Origin: Elusimicrobiota bacterium
GTDB lineage: Bacteria; Elusimicrobiota; Endomicrobiia; CG1-02-37-114; JAHJSO01
NCBI GenBank assembly: GCA_043826435.1
Contig: JBDRQF010000037.1
Location: 1 to 64,000, forward strand
Direction of reading: 5' to 3'
DNA: 64,000 bases
How positions within the stretch are numbered: position 1 is the stretch's first letter; every line of letters begins with the position of its first letter. This document shows, one piece after another, positions 48,893 to 57,587 of this stretch. The notes under the pieces were generated by a model that saw only the letters and a program-made list of their open reading frames with translations, ran no database searches and had not been told where the DNA came from. The translations under genes were made by a program, and so were the position numbers.

Positions 48893-49090
48893 ATGAATAC
48901 TGAAAAAACTAAATGCAAATGTCCGTTTTGCGAGCACGAATTGAAGATGAATTGTTTTGAGCCGGTATTCTGCCAGCCGTGTAAAATAAAATTCAGCGTG
49001 TGCGGGGAATGCGGCGGCCTGTTTAACGAAGAGTTAAATTCCTGTCCGAAATGCGGGGCGAAACGGTCGGTAAGCGGGGTCAGGTCTTGA
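48893..49090 (+). CDS. Small Cys-rich zinc-ribbon protein
   Basis: AAGGAG RBS; four C..C pairs. Confidence 0.7.
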   Translation: MNTEKTKCKCPFCEHELKMNCFEPVFCQPCKIKFSVCGECGGLFNEELNSCPKCGAKRSVSGVRS

Positions 49091-49099
49091 CATTTGACA
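49076..49099 (+). repeat. Dispersed 24-bp repeat, identical to 19177..19200
   Basis: Direct sequence identity; provides the stop codon of the zinc-ribbon ORF. Confidence 0.8.
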
Positions 49100-49229
49100 A
49101 ACAAGTCCTCCAGCGAAAAGCATAATTTCTGACGGACGCTTGCCCGGGAGTGAAAAAAATGAAGGAAAAGATGACATCTGTGAGTGGAGTAATTTATCAC
49201 GGGACAACCCGTTTTAAGGAAAAATTTAT

Positions 49230-49457
49230 ATGAAAATTAATAAGACACTTGACTGCGCGGGGCTTTTCTGCCCCATGCCGCTCGTAAAGACGAAACTTGA
49301 AATGGAGGATATGAGGCCGGGGCAGGTGATTGAGGTCACCGCGGATGACCCCGGATTTGAGAAAGATTTGCCTGCGTGGTGCAATATGGCAGGCGAGGAA
49401 TTTCTGGAAATAAAAAAAGAGGGGACAATCCTGAAAGGATATGTCAGAAAAAAATAA
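49230..49457 (+). CDS. tusA: TusA-family sulfurtransferase
   Basis: LD..GL.CPMP, ADDPG...D.PAWC. Confidence 0.9.
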   Translation: MKINKTLDCAGLFCPMPLVKTKLEMEDMRPGQVIEVTADDPGFEKDLPAWCNMAGEEFLEIKKEGTILKGYVRKK

Positions 49458-49475
49458 TGACAGGAGGATGTAAAA

Positions 49476-49916
49476 ATGGATACCTATGTATGCGGAAGAT
49501 GCGGTTTTGTGGCGTTCGGGCAGGCGCCTGACATCTGCCCGGTGTGCGGCGCACCGAAGAGTGCATTTTCGCTTGACAATTCGGCAGTGAAGAAACCATC
49601 TGACCCGGAGAACCTGAGCGAACTTGAAAAGAAACACATACCCGTGGTAAACCTTGTTAAAAAATGCGGGCTGGTGGGCCCGGGGTGTGTGGATGCGAAC
49701 ATAAGGATAGGCGAAATCCTCCACCCGTCGGAAGCCAAGCACTTTATAACGTACATAGACGTTTACCTTGACAGAAAGTTCATCGCCCGCGTCCACCTTA
49801 CACCCGAGAATCTCAACCCGGCTGCAGGGATACACCTGAGAGCATCGTCGGGTAAACTACTGGCGATGGAGAATTGTAACCTTCACGGGAGATGGATGAC
49901 CGAGGTTACAATATAG
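49476..49916 (+). CDS. Superoxide reductase with an N-terminal rubredoxin-like domain
   Basis: C..CG...CPVCG; EKKH.P, HP....H.I, CNLHG. Confidence 0.85.
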   Translation: MDTYVCGRCGFVAFGQAPDICPVCGAPKSAFSLDNSAVKKPSDPENLSELEKKHIPVVNLVKKCGLVGPGCVDANIRIGEILHPSEAKHFITYIDVYLDRKFIARVHLTPENLNPAAGIHLRASSGKLLAMENCNLHGRWMTEVTI

Positions 49917-49999
49917 TAACAAGGGACGCGGTAATTTAACAAACGCAGAAACATCTCAAAAAACTTACCGGACTGCAGGAAGGTTTACGGGGGTGACAA

Positions 50000-50905
50000 A
50001 TGTATGATCTGATAATCGTCGGCGCAGGGCCGGCCGGCATAACCGCCAGCGTTTACGCCGCACGTAAGAGGATGAGTTTTGTAATTATAACCAGGGACGT
50101 GGGCGGACAGACATTGTTGAGCGCCGACATAGAGAATTATACGGGCTACCAGTTTATAACAGGCACAGAACTTGCGATGAAATTCAAACAGCACTTTGAA
50201 CAGTTCAAAGTTGAACTTAAAGAGGGGGAGTCCGTAGCCGGTTTGGAGAAAGAGGGAGACATTATAAAAATTAGGACGGAAGCAGGCGAAGAATATGCGT
50301 CAAAAACGGCGATTATATCCTCGGGCAGGATACCGAGGAAATTGGGCGCTAAAGGCGAAGCGGAATTTAAGAACAGGGGTGTTACCTATTGCGCTACCTG
50401 CGACGGTCCGCTTTTCAGCAATATGTCCGTGGCGGTTATCGGCGGGGGCAATTCCGCTCTTGATGCCGCGTTGCAACTGATGAAGATAGCAAGCAGTGTT
50501 TGCATTATTGATTCTGCCCCGCGTCTCGGGGCCGACCCGGTAATGGTTGAAAAAGCGTCGGGCAGCGATAAGGTTACCGTTTACACCGGTGCAACCGTCA
50601 GGGAAATTTACGGCGATAAGTTCGTTGAAGGCATAAGGTTCGGAACGGGCGGCGGTGAGAAAGACATACCCGTAAGGGGGGTGTTTATTGAAATCGGATC
50701 AGTACCTTCATCCGGGTTCGTAAAGGGTGTAACCAAAAACGAATCAGGTGAAATAACGGTGAACTGCAAATGCGAGACGAATGTCCGGGGCATTTTTGCA
50801 GCGGGGGACGTGACGGACGTGACTGCAAAACAGATTATTGTCGCCTGCGGCGAAGGGGCGAAGGCGTCAATTGCCGCTTTTGAATATTTGAGCAAAAATA
50901 AATAA
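50000..50905 (+). CDS. trxB: Thioredoxin-reductase-like FAD oxidoreductase
   Basis: GAGPAG, IENY.G, CATCDG, GGGNSA, FAAGD. Confidence 0.85.
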   Translation: MYDLIIVGAGPAGITASVYAARKRMSFVIITRDVGGQTLLSADIENYTGYQFITGTELAMKFKQHFEQFKVELKEGESVAGLEKEGDIIKIRTEAGEEYASKTAIISSGRIPRKLGAKGEAEFKNRGVTYCATCDGPLFSNMSVAVIGGGNSALDAALQLMKIASSVCIIDSAPRLGADPVMVEKASGSDKVTVYTGATVREIYGDKFVEGIRFGTGGGEKDIPVRGVFIEIGSVPSSGFVKGVTKNESGEITVNCKCETNVRGIFAAGDVTDVTAKQIIVACGEGAKASIAAFEYLSKNK

Positions 50906-50921
50906 AATTTAAGGGAGCTGA

Positions 50922-51725
50922 ATGAAAATGAAAAAGACAAAAAGAAAGATTATCAGGATTGACGAGGAAAAATGCAACGGATGTAAAGAGTGCATCCCCG
51001 GTTGCCCGGAGCAGGCGATTCAGATTGTTGACACGCCGAAGGGTCCCAAAGCGCGGCTGGTAAAGGAATTTTACTGTGATGGATTAGGAGCATGTCTGGG
51101 TTCCTGTCCGACGGGCGCTCTCACAATTGAGGAAAGAGAAGCCGATGTATACGATGAAGAGGCGACGATTGCCCGGATAAAGGAAGTATCACCCGATATG
51201 CTGGAGACACATCTAAAACACCTGAAAGAACATGCCCAGGAATTACCAGGACATCATTCACACCATGCACTTGGTATGTCCGGTTGTCCGGGGGCAAAGG
51301 TTATGTCCTGGGGTGAAAAGAAAGAGAAGACAGAAAAAAAACAGCCACAGCAGAAGCAGGGGTCGGAACTCAGGCAGTGGCCTGTTCAACTGACACTGGT
51401 AAATCCTTCCGCCCCTTATTTTGAAGGCGCCGACCTTGTGATTGCAGCGGACTGTGTTCCTTTTGCTTATGCAAACTTTCATCAGGACTTTCTGGTCGGG
51501 AAGACGCTGGCTATAGGGTGTCCGAAACTTGATGACATAGATTTTTATAGACAGAAACTGGTTGAGATATTCAAGACCGCGGGGATTAAAAGTGTTACGG
51601 TAGCGAATATGGAAGTGCCGTGCTGTTTTGGTCTGCAACATCTGGTCAAAGAGGCGATAAAGGAGTCGGGTAAAAAAATACCTTATTGTGAAATTGTAGT
51701 GAGCATAAAAGGCGAAATACAATAA
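50922..51725 (+). CDS. 4Fe-4S dicluster protein with a Cys-rich C-terminal domain
   Basis: CNGC..C...CP, CDGLGAC...CP, WPVQL, ADC, GCPKLD, MEVPCC. Confidence 0.85.
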   Translation: MKMKKTKRKIIRIDEEKCNGCKECIPGCPEQAIQIVDTPKGPKARLVKEFYCDGLGACLGSCPTGALTIEEREADVYDEEATIARIKEVSPDMLETHLKHLKEHAQELPGHHSHHALGMSGCPGAKVMSWGEKKEKTEKKQPQQKQGSELRQWPVQLTLVNPSAPYFEGADLVIAADCVPFAYANFHQDFLVGKTLAIGCPKLDDIDFYRQKLVEIFKTAGIKSVTVANMEVPCCFGLQHLVKEAIKESGKKIPYCEIVVSIKGEIQ

Positions 51726-51737
51726 TCAGGTGATTTT

Positions 51738-51989
51738 ATGGATGTAAAGTGTCCGGGGTCCGACCCGCGGTTGCTGAAGGTTGAGATTCACAAATGCCCG
51801 GAGTGCGGGTATGAAGTGGAGATTTTTTCAGACGAAATAAAGGTTCTCTGTCCGAAGTGCCGTAAGACCGTTTACCGTGAAAAAACGCCTTCCTGCATTG
51901 ACTGGTGTAAACATGCCAGGCAGTGCCTCGGCGAAATTCGCTGGCAGGAACTGAAAAAACGCATGGATGAAATGGATGAAAAGAAATGA
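51738..51989 (+). CDS. Small Cys-rich zinc-ribbon protein
   Basis: CPG, CPECG..VEIFSDE, CPKC, SCIDWC. Confidence 0.7.
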   Translation: MDVKCPGSDPRLLKVEIHKCPECGYEVEIFSDEIKVLCPKCRKTVYREKTPSCIDWCKHARQCLGEIRWQELKKRMDEMDEKK

Positions 51990-52701
51990 AATAGGGCTTT
52001 CAGATAAAGAAACACCTCTCTGCGTTCGGGCGCATAGGTTGCAAAGCACTTTACCAGAGGTGCCTTGTGTATATGCGCCCCTACATTTTTACGCAGAACG
52101 GAAGCGCGCAATTGTGAAACGGCTCGGCGAGTTCCGGGACGTCTGGAAAACGAAATCGGAAAAAAAATTATTTTCAGAGTTAAGTTTCTGCCTGCTGACT
52201 CCGCAGTCAAAGGCGAAGGCGTGCTGGGATGCGGTCCTCAAACTTAATAAAAATGGGGTTTTGTTAAACGGTTCCCGACGGCAGGTCAGGGAATGCCTTG
52301 CGGGCGTGCGGTTCGCCAATAATAAAGCCGGGTATGTCGTCAGGGCGAGGAAAAATCTCCCGGGACTTAAATCAATTCTCAAAAAATATGCTCGCGGGGA
52401 AATGGATATACCGGAAGTCAGGACATGGCTTGTCAGGAATGTGCGCGGTTTCGGCTACAAAGAGGCGGGACATTTTTTAAGAAACGTAGGGCTCGGCGAC
52501 GAAATCGCAATCCTTGACAGGCACATACTCAAAAACATGAAATTATTAGGGCTGATAAGAGAAATACCGGCATGCCTTACGCCGAAAAGATATGCGGCGG
52601 TTGAGAATAAACTCAGGGCGTTTTCTCAAAAGACGGGTATCCCGATTGCGCATCTGGACCTTTTATTCTGGTCAAAGGAAACGGGAGAGGTGTTCAGGTA
52701 A
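51967..52701 (+). CDS. ogg: 8-oxoguanine DNA glycosylase/AP lyase (archaeal/Thermotoga-type Ogg); start uncertain
   Basis: EL.FCLLTPQS, RF.N.KA, G.GYKEA.HFLRN.G, AILDRH, DLLFW..ETG. Confidence 0.88.
   Translation: MKWMKRNEIGLSDKETPLCVRAHRLQSTLPEVPCVYAPLHFYAERKRAIVKRLGEFRDVWKTKSEKKLFSELSFCLLTPQSKAKACWDAVLKLNKNGVLLNGSRRQVRECLAGVRFANNKAGYVVRARKNLPGLKSILKKYARGEMDIPEVRTWLVRNVRGFGYKEAGHFLRNVGLGDEIAILDRHILKNMKLLGLIREIPACLTPKRYAAVENKLRAFSQKTGIPIAHLDLLFWSKETGEVFR
52024..52084 (-). repeat. GTAG-type REP-like palindromic element in the 5' part of the ogg frame
   Basis: Minus strand reads GTAGGGGCGCATA...TATGCGCCCGAAC; homologous to 20355..20414. Confidence 0.78.
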
Positions 52702-55064
52702 TGTTTAATCTGCCTCAGAAGGTTATTCAGGACATACCGAAATACAGGGAGAACCTTGAAAAATTTCTTTCGGGCGAAATGAAAGAAGCATTTTTCAGGG
52801 GTATCCGTGTCCCGTGGGGTAACTATTCCCAGAGGGGAGGGATGTTCCTGATGTCACGGTTGCGGGTCCCTGCAGGACTGCTTGCACCGTCGCAACTGAG
52901 GGCAATCGGCGAGGCCGCGGAAAAATTCGCCGATTCTAAATTGCACCTGACCACGAGGCAGGATGTCCAGATTCACAACGTGAGTTATGAAAATTCAGCG
53001 AAGATAATTGAATACCTTGCAAACTTCAATATTTCGCCGCGCGGCGGAGGCGGCAATACCGTCAGGAACGTAACCTCCTGCTATCTTTCGGGCATATGCC
53101 CGCACGAGAACGTTGAAGTCCACAAGACCGCATGCGGCCTGACCGAATATCTCCTTTGCATTGACGACACATACGGACTGCCGAGGAAATTAAAAATTGC
53201 GTTCTCCGGGTGCGAGAAGGACTGTGATTTTACGGGGATAAACGACATAGGGTTTGTTGCGATGAAGGACGGAACTTTCAAAGTCCTGTGCGGCGGTGGT
53301 ATGGGTGCAAAATGTTCGGTCGGCAGGGTCTTGCAGGAAGGCGTCAGCAGGGGAGATGTAGGATATGTCGTCCGGGCTGTTATGAACCTTTTCAATAAAT
53401 ACGGCGACAGGAAAAACAGGAACCGCAACCGGCTGAGATTTTTAATTCAGGACACCGGATGGGAGAGGTTTGTTGAACTTTACAGGCAGGAACTGAAAAG
53501 AACAAAGGACGCCGAATATATCGTTTTAAGAGAAGAGGATGAGGCAGGGTTACCGCCGGCAGACCGTCAAGCGCAACCCTCCGCGGATATCGGGCAGGGC
53601 GACGCCGGGTGGGATGCTTTTGTTCAATACAACACAGGCAGGCAGAAACAACAGGGTTACCATTATGTACAAATCAGGATACCTTTCGGCGAGATTGACG
53701 CCCGGACGCTTACCGGACTAGCGGAGATTGCAGAAATTTCGCCGGCGATAAACTTCAGGACGTCAAGGAGACAGAACCTGATTATTTCAAACGTGCCGTC
53801 ATCCATGGTTTACCCCGTCTATAAAAAACTTCAGGGTATGTTAAAAGATTATTTATATCCGGAAACACTGTTGGATATAGTGAGTTGCAAGGCGTCAACA
53901 ACGTGCAATCTGGGCATATGCAATGCGATTGGTATGGCTCCCGAGATTGTGAAAAAATTACGGAAGGTGCAACCCGGCATTGATAAACTTAAAGACATCA
54001 GAATAAACGTAAACGGATGTCTGAACGCCTGCGGCCACCACCCCGTCGGCGATGTGTCGTTTTCGGGTATGGCGAGAAAGGTGCAGGGCAGGACGGTTCC
54101 GTTTTACAGGGTTCACATGGGAGGGCGGCCGGATGCAGAAAACACGAAACTGGCGCAGGAGGCAGGAGTGGTTCCTGCACGGGCAGTGCCCGGGCTTATT
54201 TCTGATTTTGTTTCGTCAATGCCTGAAAATACGTCCGTTGATGTGCAGGCATGGATTTCAGATGGGGGAAGGGCTGTAATGGAAGGACTTGTCCGGAAAT
54301 ATTCTTATATTCCCCGGTATGAAGAAGACAGGAGTTATTACGTTGATTTTGGCAGGACGGATGATTTTTCTCTTGAGGGCCTCTCGCAGGGTGAATGTGG
54401 CGCAGGCGTTATAGATATGATTGAGTCGGACATTGAGTCGGCCGGAGCGTCGCTTACAATGGCGAAAGAGAACGGGTTTAATCCCGGTGAAATAAAAAAG
54501 GCGATGCTTTATTCAGCCGGGGCATTGCTGATTGTTAAAGGTGTTGACCCGAAAAACGAAACGGATACGTTCGTTTCGTTCGTCAAAAGGTTTGTGGATA
54601 CAGGTGTATGCGACCCGGAGTTCAGGTCTATAACCGGCGTATATAATGCGATTGTATCCGGCGGCGGGCACGGCAAAGAAGAAACATGGGACTATGCGAA
54701 CAGATTTTATAATGAGGTAAAAAGGATTTATTCAACGATGGACAGTAACTTTAATTTTCCCGTGAAAGAGGGGGCGTTTCCACCAGGGGCGCTTTCTGCC
54801 GATGTTTCTGTTCCGGATGAAAACGTAACACCGGGCCCTGCCCCGCTGATTTATGATTTAAGGGGAACGCCCTGCCCCATAAATTATGTCAAGACAAAAA
54901 TTAAACTTGAGGAACTTAATACCGGCGACGTGCTTGAAGTTTATCTGGATGACGGAGAGCCGATAGTGAACGTGCCAAAGAGTCTGGAAGGCGACGGCCA
55001 CAAAATATTAAACATTCAAAGGGTTGATAATTATTTCAAGGTTGCAGTTAAAAAAGAGAGGTAA
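52701..55064 (+). CDS. Nitrite/sulfite reductase 4Fe-4S/siroheme protein with a C-terminal TusA domain
   Basis: TTRQDVQ, RNV..C, LPRK.KIAFSGC, C.....CNLG, NGC.NACG; C-terminal DLRG..CP.NYVK.K. Confidence 0.88.
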   Translation: MFNLPQKVIQDIPKYRENLEKFLSGEMKEAFFRGIRVPWGNYSQRGGMFLMSRLRVPAGLLAPSQLRAIGEAAEKFADSKLHLTTRQDVQIHNVSYENSAKIIEYLANFNISPRGGGGNTVRNVTSCYLSGICPHENVEVHKTACGLTEYLLCIDDTYGLPRKLKIAFSGCEKDCDFTGINDIGFVAMKDGTFKVLCGGGMGAKCSVGRVLQEGVSRGDVGYVVRAVMNLFNKYGDRKNRNRNRLRFLIQDTGWERFVELYRQELKRTKDAEYIVLREEDEAGLPPADRQAQPSADIGQGDAGWDAFVQYNTGRQKQQGYHYVQIRIPFGEIDARTLTGLAEIAEISPAINFRTSRRQNLIISNVPSSMVYPVYKKLQGMLKDYLYPETLLDIVSCKASTTCNLGICNAIGMAPEIVKKLRKVQPGIDKLKDIRINVNGCLNACGHHPVGDVSFSGMARKVQGRTVPFYRVHMGGRPDAENTKLAQEAGVVPARAVPGLISDFVSSMPENTSVDVQAWISDGGRAVMEGLVRKYSYIPRYEEDRSYYVDFGRTDDFSLEGLSQGECGAGVIDMIESDIESAGASLTMAKENGFNPGEIKKAMLYSAGALLIVKGVDPKNETDTFVSFVKRFVDTGVCDPEFRSITGVYNAIVSGGGHGKEETWDYANRFYNEVKRIYSTMDSNFNFPVKEGAFPPGALSADVSVPDENVTPGPAPLIYDLRGTPCPINYVKTKIKLEELNTGDVLEVYLDDGEPIVNVPKSLEGDGHKILNIQRVDNYFKVAVKKER

Positions 55065-55067
55065 GTT

Positions 55068-55358
55068 ATGACGGTAAAAGTTTTTCTTAATGGCAAAGAA
55101 GAGGAACTGGACGGCATAGGAAGCATCCTTGAACTTCTCAATAAAAAGAAAATTCGCCCGGAGGTTGTGACGATAGAAGTGAATGATAAAATTATACCGC
55201 GGGGCGAATACGGGAAGACAGTTCTGAAAAACGGCGACCGCATAGAAATGGTTTTTTTTATGGGCGGTGGTCGACGTGCGAGAAATAACGAGCACATGTC
55301 TGTCCGACGGGCGCGAGATGTGAGCGCCCACATACGGATCCGCAAGGGGGCTATATGA
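55068..55358 (+). CDS. thiS: ThiS-like sulfur carrier with a 28-aa extension after FMGGG
   Basis: NG...E, V.IEVN..I, L..GDRIE.V.FMGGG. Confidence 0.85.
   Translation: MTVKVFLNGKEEELDGIGSILELLNKKKIRPEVVTIEVNDKIIPRGEYGKTVLKNGDRIEMVFFMGGGRRARNNEHMSVRRARDVSAHIRIRKGAI
55270..55329 (+). repeat. Double-hairpin element homologous to 23140..23199
   Basis: GTCG.CGTGCGA...GAGCAC...CCGACGGGYGCGAGAT.GTGAGCRCCC in both copies. Confidence 0.82.
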
Positions 55359-56314
55359 GTTTGTCCGACGACAACAGAGAAAGGAAATCCGGCATCAGGA
55401 TAGCCGGGAACGTTCTGGAGTTGTTTTTTAATACGCCGGTTGTCCGTCTGAACCGCATCCCGGATGAGGGCGCTGAGATTTATGCAAAATTAGAGGCGTT
55501 CTCGCCGGGGGGCAGCGTAAAAGACAGGGTCGCCCTCAGCATGATTCAGGAAGGCGAAAAGGCGGGCATGCTTAAACCGGGGTCAATCATCGTTGAGCCG
55601 ACGAGCGGGAACACGGGCATAGGTTTCGCCATCGTCTGCGCGGTTAAGGGTTACAGGTGCGTACTCACAATGCCCGAATCAATGAGTTTAGAAAGGATTT
55701 ACATACTGAAATCATTGGGCGCAGAGGTCATCCTTACCCCGGCTACTGAAGGTATGGCTGGAGCAGTAAAAAAAGCCGAAGAGATTGTCAAAAAAAACAA
55801 AAACGCCCACATGCCGCAGCAGTTTAAAAACCCGGCAAACCCTGACATCCACAGGGAAACTACCGCCCTGGAAATAATTGAATGCATGGGCGACGGGTTT
55901 GACGCGTTTGTCGCAGGCGTGGGTACCGGCGGAACGATTACAGGCGTCGGGGAAGTCCTTAAGAAAAAATATCCGTCAATAAAGATAGTCGCCGTTGAGC
56001 CGGAAAGTTCGGCAGTGCTGTCGGGTGGCCCGGCTGGCCCTCATAAAATACAGGGCATAGGAGCAGGATTTATCCCTGACATATTAAACCGTGAGATAAT
56101 TGACCGTATTATTACCGTGAGGGATGAAGACGCATACAGGACAGCGCAACTCCTGGCGAAGAAGGAAGGGATTTTTTGCGGTATATCGTCGGGCGCTGCG
56201 TGTTTCGCATCAATAAAACTGGCGAAAGAATTGGGCAGGGGGAAAAAGATTGTAGTTATATTCCCCGATACGGGCGAGAGATATTTCAGTATACAGCAGT
56301 ATTTTGAAATCTAG
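55355..56314 (+). CDS. cysK: Cysteine synthase
   Basis: PGGSVKDR, EPTSGNTG, QQF.NPAN, GVGTGGT, HKIQGIG, PDTGERY. Confidence 0.93.
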   Translation: MSLSDDNRERKSGIRIAGNVLELFFNTPVVRLNRIPDEGAEIYAKLEAFSPGGSVKDRVALSMIQEGEKAGMLKPGSIIVEPTSGNTGIGFAIVCAVKGYRCVLTMPESMSLERIYILKSLGAEVILTPATEGMAGAVKKAEEIVKKNKNAHMPQQFKNPANPDIHRETTALEIIECMGDGFDAFVAGVGTGGTITGVGEVLKKKYPSIKIVAVEPESSAVLSGGPAGPHKIQGIGAGFIPDILNREIIDRIITVRDEDAYRTAQLLAKKEGIFCGISSGAACFASIKLAKELGRGKKIVVIFPDTGERYFSIQQYFEI

Positions 56315-56335
56315 TAATACCGGAGGATTCAGGAT

Positions 56336-57565
56336 ATGGGTTACGTCAGGGGACTAAAATGCAGGGAGTGCGAACGCAAATACCCGGCAGAACCGCTATA
56401 CGTGTGTGAGTATTGTTTCGGCCCGCTTGAGGTTGATTATGATTATGAGGGGATAAAAAATGTTTTGTCCAGAGACGTCCTCACCTCAAGGGCCGAAAAC
56501 ATCTGGCGTTACAGGGAACTTCTGCCTATTGACGGCAACCCGATAGTAGGGCTGCAATCCGGCTGGACCCCGCTTATCAGGGCGGACAACCTGGCGGGAG
56601 AGCTTGGTGTAAAGGAGTTATACGTAAAGGATGACTCTGTCTGTCACCCGACGCTTTCCTTCAAGGACAGGGTTGTCTCGGTGGCGATATCAAAGGCGGC
56701 CGAGTTCGGTTTTGACACGGTTGCGTGTGCATCAACGGGGAATCTGGCAAACTCTGTTTCGGCCCAGGCAGCAAAAGCAAAAATGAAGTGTTTTGTTTTT
56801 ATTCCTGCCGACCTTGAATCGGGAAAGATTATCGCTGCAATTATTTATGGCCCGAATGTGGTTGCGGTTGAGGGAAATTATGACGAGGTGAACCGTCTCT
56901 GCACGGAAATCACAAACAAACACAAATGGGCTTTCGTCAACATAAACATCCGTCCGTATTACGCCGAGGGCTCAAAGACCTACATATATGAAATCATTGA
57001 GCAACTGGGCTGGAAGGTGCCGCAGCACATAGTAGTCCCCGTTGCAGGCGGCTCGCTGATTTCCAAAATCCGTAAGGGAATGGTTGAATTTCAGAAGTTA
57101 GGGCTGATTAAGAATATTGACACGAAAATATACGCTGCGCAGGGGCAGGGCTGCGCACCTGTCGTTACGGCGATTAAACAGAAAAGTGAAATAATAAAAC
57201 CCGTAAAACCGAGAACGATAGCAAAATCGCTGGCGATAGGCAACCCTGCCGACGGTTATTATGCTTACAAAACAGTCACTGACAGCGGCGGGTGGGCGGA
57301 TGAAGCCACCGACGACGAAATAGTTGAAGGGATTAAACTGCTCGCCCGCACGGAGGGGATATTTACCGAGACCGCCGGCGGCGTGACCGTAGCCGTAGCA
57401 AAGAAATTAATTGAACAGGGAGTAATACCGAAAGACGAATCAATCGTTATATGCATAACAGGTAACGGGCTAAAAACTCAGGAGGCCCTTGCGGGCAGGA
57501 TAAGACAGCCGGTAAAGATAAAACCTAACATTGATTCGTTTGAAAAAATAGTCCACGAAAAATAA
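56336..57565 (+). CDS. thrC: Threonine-synthase-like PLP enzyme (possibly an O-phosphohomoserine sulfhydrylase)
   Basis: N-terminal Zn ribbon, PTLSFKDR, CASTGNLA, TIAKSLAIGNPADG, TGNGLKT. Confidence 0.8.
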   Translation: MGYVRGLKCRECERKYPAEPLYVCEYCFGPLEVDYDYEGIKNVLSRDVLTSRAENIWRYRELLPIDGNPIVGLQSGWTPLIRADNLAGELGVKELYVKDDSVCHPTLSFKDRVVSVAISKAAEFGFDTVACASTGNLANSVSAQAAKAKMKCFVFIPADLESGKIIAAIIYGPNVVAVEGNYDEVNRLCTEITNKHKWAFVNINIRPYYAEGSKTYIYEIIEQLGWKVPQHIVVPVAGGSLISKIRKGMVEFQKLGLIKNIDTKIYAAQGQGCAPVVTAIKQKSEIIKPVKPRTIAKSLAIGNPADGYYAYKTVTDSGGWADEATDDEIVEGIKLLARTEGIFTETAGGVTVAVAKKLIEQGVIPKDESIVICITGNGLKTQEALAGRIRQPVKIKPNIDSFEKIVHEK

Positions 57566-57587
57566 AAAGCGCAACGGAGGAGAAAAA

